The notes under the pieces are model-generated. The model was not told the origin of the DNA, made no database searches, and saw nothing but the letters and a program-made list of their open reading frames with translations. Source: Candidatus Omnitrophota bacterium (lineage in GTDB: Bacteria > Omnitrophota > Gorgyraeia > 2-01-FULL-45-10). From it: 32,000 bases of DNA. Positions 25,468-32,000 of this stretch are shown in pieces. Position 1 is the stretch's first letter. Each line of letters starts with the position of its first letter. Location: assembly GCA_023818895.1 (NCBI GenBank), contig JAMWCX010000003.1, positions 270,001 to 302,000 of the forward strand. The letters are read 5' to 3'. A program made the translations under genes and the position numbers.

Positions 25468-25938
25468 ATGGCACTTGTACCGTGGAGACCGAGGGATTTT
25501 TGGTGGGACCCGCTGTATGACCTGGATAACATCCAGAGGCAGATGAACAACCTTTTCAATCTCTCGCTTTCTCGCTTTCCGGAAAGGGAAGTAGGCCTTT
25601 TGGAGGGGGTGTGGAATCCCGCTATGGATATCTATGATTCTAAGGATAACTTGCTCGTGAAGGTAGATATACCAGGGATGAAAAAAGAAGATATAGATGT
25701 TTCAGTTCACGGAAACACCCTTGTCATAAAAGGCGAAAAGAAGCAGGAACGCGAAGTGAAGGAAAAGGATTATGTAAGAACCGAAAGGTTCTACGGGACC
25801 TTTAACAGGGCAGTAACTCTTCCTGCCGCAGTGGATGCTGGTAAGGTCCAGGCAACGTACAAGAATGGTGTCCTTGAGCTTGTCTTGCCGAAAAAGGAGG
25901 AGGCCAAGCCCAAACAGATTAAAGTAGATGTGAAATAA
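25468..25938 (+). CDS. Hsp20/alpha-crystallin small heat-shock protein
   Basis: ATG 25468 (MALVPWRP) is preferred over GTG 25459. ACD motifs PAMDIYDSKDNLLVKVDIPGMKKEDIDV and TYKNGVLELVLPK. Confidence 0.92.
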   Translation: MALVPWRPRDFWWDPLYDLDNIQRQMNNLFNLSLSRFPEREVGLLEGVWNPAMDIYDSKDNLLVKVDIPGMKKEDIDVSVHGNTLVIKGEKKQEREVKEKDYVRTERFYGTFNRAVTLPAAVDAGKVQATYKNGVLELVLPKKEEAKPKQIKVDVK

Positions 25939-25981
25939 CCATCTTTAAAGACGAAATCCAGACGAAAGGGGGTGTTAAGTT

Positions 25982-26350
25982 ATGGCACTAGGTCTTAAAA
26001 AGAATGCCAAGCAAACCTTAGCGCAGATAGCTCCGCTGGTAACCGTGCGTGAAACAGATAAAGAGGTTATCCTCGAAGCCGAAATGGCGGGTCTGGATAA
26101 AGATAGCATTAAAATAGAGTTAAAAGGCGATGAACTCACGATAGGGGGTGTCCGTAAAAATGAAGATGTACCGAAGGGCTACACACCTCTTAGCAGAGAA
26201 AGATGCCCATTCGAGTACTCGCGGACGTTTGTACTGGGCAATGAGGTGGATAAAGAAAAGCTGAGCGCCCAGTATAATGACGGTGTTCTTAAAATCACCG
26301 TGCCCAAAAGTGAGAGTAATCAGCCAAAAAAGATACCTATTAAGGATTAA
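25982..26350 (+). CDS. Hsp20-family small heat-shock protein (short N-terminal arm)
   Basis: VRETDKEVILEAEMAGLDKDSIKIELKGDELTIGG ... AQYNDGVLKITVPK. Shares a 15-nt leader block with the previous gene. Confidence 0.85.
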   Translation: MALGLKKNAKQTLAQIAPLVTVRETDKEVILEAEMAGLDKDSIKIELKGDELTIGGVRKNEDVPKGYTPLSRERCPFEYSRTFVLGNEVDKEKLSAQYNDGVLKITVPKSESNQPKKIPIKD

Positions 26351-26425
26351 GAATGGCGGGCGCCTGAGGCCTAGAAGGACTGCCTCACGCGCCCAGGAGC
26401 TATGTGTTTCGAGGTGGTGAAGACA

Positions 26426-27073
26426 ATGAAGATGAAAATATTGATCGGAGTGGTTATTCTGCTTTTATTAGTGCTGATCGGAGAGACGGCATATATTCTG
26501 TATATAGGGAAAGAACCGAATAGAGTAGGTATCCAAAAGACATCAAAAGCTCCGCATTCAATAGTTTCTCTCAAAAGGCATCCTATTACCCTATACGAAG
26601 AGGCCTATGACGAATGGGATCCTTTTGAAGAGATGAGGCTTATGCAAGCGCAGATGAACCGAATATTTAGAAATAGTTTTTCCCGCGCCTTGCTGAGTCA
26701 AGCATTTCCTGTGTCAAAACGAAGCGCTTTTTTTGAGCCGGATATAGACTTTGAAGACAGCGGTAAATTCTATATAGCAAGAATAGACCTCCCCGGGATG
26801 GATAAAGATAAAATAAATATAGAACTAAAAAATAACATGCTGACCATATCGGGCGAAAGGAGTATAGAGCGCGAAGAGGCTCGACCTGCCGATCAATTCT
26901 ATTCTAAGGAAAGAAGTTTCGGATATTTTTCAAGAACTATCCCGATGCCGGCTGACGCCAAAAGCGAGGGCATGACGGCAGAGTATGACAAAGGGGTGCT
27001 TGTAATAAAAATTCCGAAGGAAGACGTAGGTGTATCAACTCAAAAGGCATCCACAAAAATCAGAGTAGATTAG
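26426..27073 (+). CDS. membrane-anchored Hsp20-domain protein
   Basis: GAGGTGG 8 nt before ATG 26426. N-terminal TM helix MKMKILIGVVILLLLVLIGETAYILYIG, a linker of about 90 aa, then an ACD (PDIDFEDSGKFYIARIDLPGMDKDKINIELKNNMLTISGER ... AEYDKGVLVIKIPK). Confidence 0.8.
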   Translation: MKMKILIGVVILLLLVLIGETAYILYIGKEPNRVGIQKTSKAPHSIVSLKRHPITLYEEAYDEWDPFEEMRLMQAQMNRIFRNSFSRALLSQAFPVSKRSAFFEPDIDFEDSGKFYIARIDLPGMDKDKINIELKNNMLTISGERSIEREEARPADQFYSKERSFGYFSRTIPMPADAKSEGMTAEYDKGVLVIKIPKEDVGVSTQKASTKIRVD

Positions 27074-27098
27074 AATGCGAGAAGAAGGAGGGCAATTT

Positions 27099-27191
27099 AT
27101 GGATTCGTTTATGTATGTCCAGAATTATTGCGCCCTTCTTTCATATATTTATGAAAAATGGAGGAAAAAGATAAGACAAAGAAGCAGTTAA
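27099..27191 (+). CDS. possible 30-codon small ORF
   Basis: AAGGAGGG (27085..27092) lies 6 nt before ATG 27099. Translation MDSFMYVQNYCALLSYIYEKWRKKIRQRSS, stop TAA 27189..27191. No other support. Confidence 0.2.
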   Translation: MDSFMYVQNYCALLSYIYEKWRKKIRQRSS

Positions 27192-27581
27192 AAAGAGGGG
27201 CGCGTTTTTGAATAATAGTCTATCGCCGCAATCTATTAATAGATATTCTGAAGGCTGTTGTGCGCATTAATTTATGAGGACAAAATAACACCTATCAAAA
27301 ACGGGTCTTAAAAAACAATTTCAGATAAAACAAAGGCAGAAACTGAAAAGGCGCAAAGAGCGAAAACGCCTTTTGGAGAAGAAGCTGAACCCAGACGACT
27401 TCTTCTACGGCAGATACTATGTAGGGGATAGCGTTATCAAGTTCTGCGATAATCTGGTCAGGGGAACCGAAAGTTCCGCAGAAGCGGCATCCAAAAAATA
27501 AAATCAACCGGACGCCGTAAAAATTTCTATACGGCGAAAAACTATATTGGAAAAATAAAACAGAAAAGGAGGGATTGAGGT

Positions 27582-27872
27582 ATGCAGATAGTGCCATTAG
27601 CCGACAGGGTATTGGTCAGGCCTCTCGAGGCTGAGGAGAAGACCAAGGGAGGGATAATTCTGCCGGATACCGCAAAAGAAAAACCGCAGGAAGGAAAAGT
27701 CATAGCTGTGGGCAAGGGGAAGGTATCAGACGACGGCAAGTTACAGCCTATGGAAGTTAAGGTAGGCGATAAAGTTCTCTATGGGAAATATTCCGGAACA
27801 GAGATCAAAATAGAGGATATAGAACATCTTATAATACGCCAAGAAGATATACTAGCGGTCATTAAGGATTGA
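27582..27872 (+). CDS. groES: co-chaperonin GroES
   Basis: [55 protein letters not shown]. Confidence 0.97.
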   Translation: MQIVPLADRVLVRPLEAEEKTKGGIILPDTAKEKPQEGKVIAVGKGKVSDDGKLQPMEVKVGDKVLYGKYSGTEIKIEDIEHLIIRQEDILAVIKD

Positions 27873-27878
27873 ATTTAG

Positions 27879-29507
<1,629 letters not shown>

Positions 29508-29522
29508 AGAAAGTTTCAAGAC

Positions 29523-29564
29523 AGCCCGCCACAAGCATTATGCCTGTGGCGGGCTTTTAATTTT
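29523..29564 (+). terminator. strong intrinsic terminator after groEL
   Basis: 11-bp perfect GC-rich stem agcccgccaca (29523..29533) / tgtggcgggct (29545..29555), followed by TTTaaTTTT. Confidence 0.85.
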
Positions 29565-29658
29565 ATGGTATCAGCCGGTCTTGATTACCGGCTGTGAAGA
29601 GACACGATTTGAAAATAGAAAGTAAGCGACTAGAATATAAAAGGTCGTAAAGATAAAA

Positions 29659-29691
29659 ATCGCACATTTATCGCACATTTATTGCATAGTT
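29659..29691 (+). repeat. 11-bp direct repeats (2 perfect plus 1 degenerate)
   Basis: atcgcacattt (29659..29669), atcgcacattt (29670..29680), attgcatagtt (29681..29691). Ends 15 nt before a -35 hexamer. Confidence 0.6.
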
Positions 29692-29705
29692 TCCACCCTT
29701 TTAGT

Positions 29706-29734
29706 TTGACATCCAATCTGCCTTAATATAAAAT
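29706..29734 (+). promoter_or_regulatory. sigma70-type promoter upstream of the coiled-coil genes
   Basis: TTGACA (29706..29711), a 17-nt spacer, then TAAAAT (29729..29734). Confidence 0.5.
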
Positions 29735-29862
29735 ACCTATGTATATCAATATTATATGGAAAACACACTGAATATTTTCATTTCCGAATTTCCACTCTGC
29801 AGCCGTCGGCGAAAACCATTGTATATCCCACAAAAAACCATCAAGCGATCCGGAGGTAACCT

Positions 29863-30228
29863 ATGTTAGGATTCAGCCTGGCAGAGGCAGTGTTGCTATT
29901 TTTTGCTATATCGATATGCCTGGGTCTCGTTATAGCATGGATATTGAAGTCAGAGGCAAGTAGAAACGTTTTCCGAAGGGAAGTGATGAAGCTTAAATCC
30001 CAGATTGATAAGCTCGAGCGCGACAGAGCGATACTTTTGGAAGAGATGGAAAACGCCAGGGCTGGCGCTCCAGTAGAAGAAATCGGCAAGAACGCCATCA
30101 CTGCCGCTGCGTTAAAGGAGATGGCGGATAAGAACGATGCCTTGGAAAGAGAAATAGCACGGCTTAAAGCCGAGCTCCAGGACGCTAAAAGTTCACTCGA
30201 AGAGGTATATAAGGCGCTGGTTCAATAA
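29863..30228 (+). CDS. membrane-anchored coiled-coil protein, unknown function
   Basis: GGAGGT 5 nt before the ATG. TM helix LAEAVLLFFAISICLGLVIAWIL, then heptad-rich KLKSQIDKLERDRAILLEEMENA ... EREIARLKAELQDAKSSLEE. Confidence 0.6.
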   Translation: MLGFSLAEAVLLFFAISICLGLVIAWILKSEASRNVFRREVMKLKSQIDKLERDRAILLEEMENARAGAPVEEIGKNAITAAALKEMADKNDALEREIARLKAELQDAKSSLEEVYKALVQ

Positions 30229-30247
30229 ATTCCCCCGTCCATTTGAT

Positions 30248-30285
30248 ATTTGTGCTTCAAGAAACAATTTGTGCTGCAAGAAACA
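30248..30285 (+). repeat. tandem 19-bp direct repeat (1 mismatch)
   Basis: atttgtgcttcaagaaaca (30248..30266) and atttgtgctgcaagaaaca (30267..30285), 27 nt upstream of ATG 30313. Confidence 0.7.
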
Positions 30286-30312
30286 GGAACATAAAAATAG
30301 GCAGGTCTGGCT

Positions 30313-32000
30313 ATGAGCGAAATGTTCGATAAATTAAAAAAGATAGGAAGCGGCAAAGAGGACTTATCCCCGGATGCCATGAAAGGATCGGCAAACTTGG
30401 ACGTAAAGGAGATGAAGAGACAGATCCTTGAGAAGCTAAAGGAGAAAAGAGCGGCCGCGCAGGCATCTCAAACCGAAATAAAACCTGCCGCTACTGCTGA
30501 AGAAACGCCGGCGACCATTCAAAAAGCGTCGCCTCCGCCACTGCCGGATGCGATTAAAGACGAGCTTGGCTCTCTCAGAAAAGAGATCGAAGAGTATCGA
30601 AGCAAGTTAGATGAGGAACGGGCCTCTTTACGGAAGACCGTCGAGCTTTATGAGGAAGTTAAGAAAAAACACGCCGCCTTGCAGAAAGAATGCGACTCTA
30701 AAAATGAGATTATACGGACCCTTGAAAGCCGTATCGCCCAAACGCCGAAAATTGACACAGATGCCCAGAAGCGTATGGACGCTATGTCAAAAGAGCTGGA
30801 GGCCGCCAGGCAGGAAATATCGGCTTACCGCGCCAAAATCGCCAGCATAGAAGACGATGCCAGGAAGGTGAGCGCGATTCGCGAGGAGGCGGCAAGACAG
30901 TCCGATAAGCTGCGGTCGGAACTTGCGGAAAAAGAGAGTGCCATTCAATCCCTGCAGAAAAGGCTTGCCGAAGAGTCGGCGAGTTTAAGGGAACAAAAGG
31001 ACAAGGCCGCGTTGCAAGCGGAGGCCCTGAGAAACATGGAAAAGAAGGCCTCTTATGCAGATTCCCTTGCGCGGGAGCTTGAAACTGTCCGGAAAGAACT
31101 TGAGGGATATCGTTCTCAGTTAGGAGGCATCAAGTCGGAACACAAAAGCGCCGCCAAGGCAAGGGAGGACGCGTTAAGGCATTGCAAACGCATGCGTTCA
31201 GACCTTCAAAAGAAAAACGATATCATAGATGAGCTTCAGAAAAAAATCGTTGCCTTGGCCGAAGAAATTAAGAAGGAAAAATCCAAAGCAAAAGAAGAGG
31301 CGGAGGTTTTCAAAACCAAGCTGTATCAAGCCAGGACGGAGCAGTCCGCTAAGATATCGCAACTGGAAGAGGCACTTAAAGCGCGCGATAAGAAGTTAGC
31401 AGAAGCCGAAAACATTAGTCGAGAGCTTGACGCGGCTCGAAAGACGGCCGAGGATTATAAGATCAAGCTCGAAGCGTCCCAGGCGGAGATAGCAAGGATA
31501 AAGCAGCTTCACGAAGAGGCGATAACACATCATGATGTGCTACGGGAGGAACTTGGGAAGAAACAGGAAAGCCTGCAGGATGTTGAGAAAAGGCTCAATA
31601 TGGAGATAGAAGAGCTTCGGAAAGAAAAGGAGAAAGCCGCCACCAACGTTGAGAACTTGCGATCTAAGCTTTACACCGCGACGAAGGAAGCGAAAGAATA
31701 TATGACGAAAATAGCGCAGCTCGAAGAGGCCGTCCGCGCAAGAGACCGTAAGATAGCGGACCTTGAGAAACTCCAATCGGAAGCGGCTGGCGAAAAGGCG
31801 GACATCGAGAGTAAGCTGACGGCAGCCTCCGAAGAAAATAAGGCCTTGCGGGAAAAGATAGCCGCGATGCAGCAGGAATTCGAATCGCAAGGTGACAGGG
31901 CGGCAGAAACGGAGAGTAGGTGCAGGAAAATCGAGGGGTTGTTGGCGGAAACGGAGCTCAATCTACAGGCGAAAGAACGTGAAAATAAGAGTCTCGAGGC
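30313..32000 (+). CDS. large coiled-coil protein with internal repeat modules, C-terminus beyond window
   Basis: Absent from the ORF track because no stop occurs in the window. My translation from ATG 30313 (MSEMFDKLKKIGSGKEDLSPDAMKG...) stays open for 562 codons to the edge. Very rich in E/K/A/L/R with recurring modules. The minus-strand ORFs listed here (31540..31890, 31671..31961) are antisense artefacts. Confidence 0.75.
   Translation, partial: MSEMFDKLKKIGSGKEDLSPDAMKGSANLDVKEMKRQILEKLKEKRAAAQASQTEIKPAATAEETPATIQKASPPPLPDAIKDELGSLRKEIEEYRSKLDEERASLRKTVELYEEVKKKHAALQKECDSKNEIIRTLESRIAQTPKIDTDAQKRMDAMSKELEAARQEISAYRAKIASIEDDARKVSAIREEAARQSDKLRSELAEKESAIQSLQKRLAEESASLREQKDKAALQAEALRNMEKKASYADSLARELETVRKELEGYRSQLGGIKSEHKSAAKAREDALRHCKRMRSDLQKKNDIIDELQKKIVALAEEIKKEKSKAKEEAEVFKTKLYQARTEQSAKISQLEEALKARDKKLAEAENISRELDAARKTAEDYKIKLEASQAEIARIKQLHEEAITHHDVLREELGKKQESLQDVEKRLNMEIEELRKEKEKAATNVENLRSKLYTATKEAKEYMTKIAQLEEAVRARDRKIADLEKLQSEAAGEKADIESKLTAASEENKALREKIAAMQQEFESQGDRAAETESRCRKIEGLLAETELNLQAKERENKSLE

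Noticed and set aside
25449-25976. Shared 15-nt leader block acgaaagggggtgtt before both soluble hsp20 genes (25449..25463 and 25962..25976) as an RNA thermometer
   Set aside because: I could not find an upstream or downstream anti-SD stretch (U-rich or CCCC-containing) able to sequester the GGGGG SD. The identity is adequately explained by tandem gene duplication including the RBS.
27295-27597. 100-aa minus-strand ORF in the groES upstream gap
   Set aside because: It starts inside groES on the opposite strand and has no RBS. The Phe/Leu-rich sequence is not protein-like.

Overview
Bacterial chromosomal segment of about 47% GC by eye, with heavy use of the ATA Ile codon. Genes are tightly packed and all but one lie on the + strand; most are housekeeping genes. 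Left to right: a partial UPF0718/ArsP-like permease and an ArsB/NhaD-type transporter; a thiol-redox/Fe-S block (ccdA, TlpA-like lipoprotein, Nfu, a MetV-like Cys-rich protein); a TPR protein and clpB; Rrf2(iscR)-iscS-iscU; 5-formyl-THF cyclo-ligase; rny-ymdB; xseA-xseB-ispA-dxs; a four-subunit 2-oxoacid:ferredoxin oxidoreductase (korDABC order); gltX and glnS; two tRNA loci (Gln-CUG; Leu-GAG and Glu-CUC) flanking a minus-strand DedA/YqaA gene; a heat-shock locus (HspR-like MerR regulator, perfect CIRCE, three Hsp20 genes, groES-groEL); and two coiled-coil proteins, the last running off the window. I found no transposase, integrase, CRISPR array or recognisable defence genes. The most unusual signal is non-coding. 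A conserved structured element of about 105-145 nt follows tRNA-Gln once and follows tRNA-Leu twice as an identical 144-nt tandem. Each copy ends in the 3' T-arm/acceptor segment of the upstream tRNA and carries a complementary 5' strand. Two helices show compensatory differences between copies. I do not recognise it as a known RNA family. Secondary points: phased TTTCGAAA palindromes at the hspR-like promoter; CIRCE in front of sHSP genes but not groESL; a membrane-anchored sHSP; a GluRS lacking the Zn-binding insertion; a probable leaderless iscR. All calls rest on reading the sequence and recalled family signatures. No searches or folding calculations were run.
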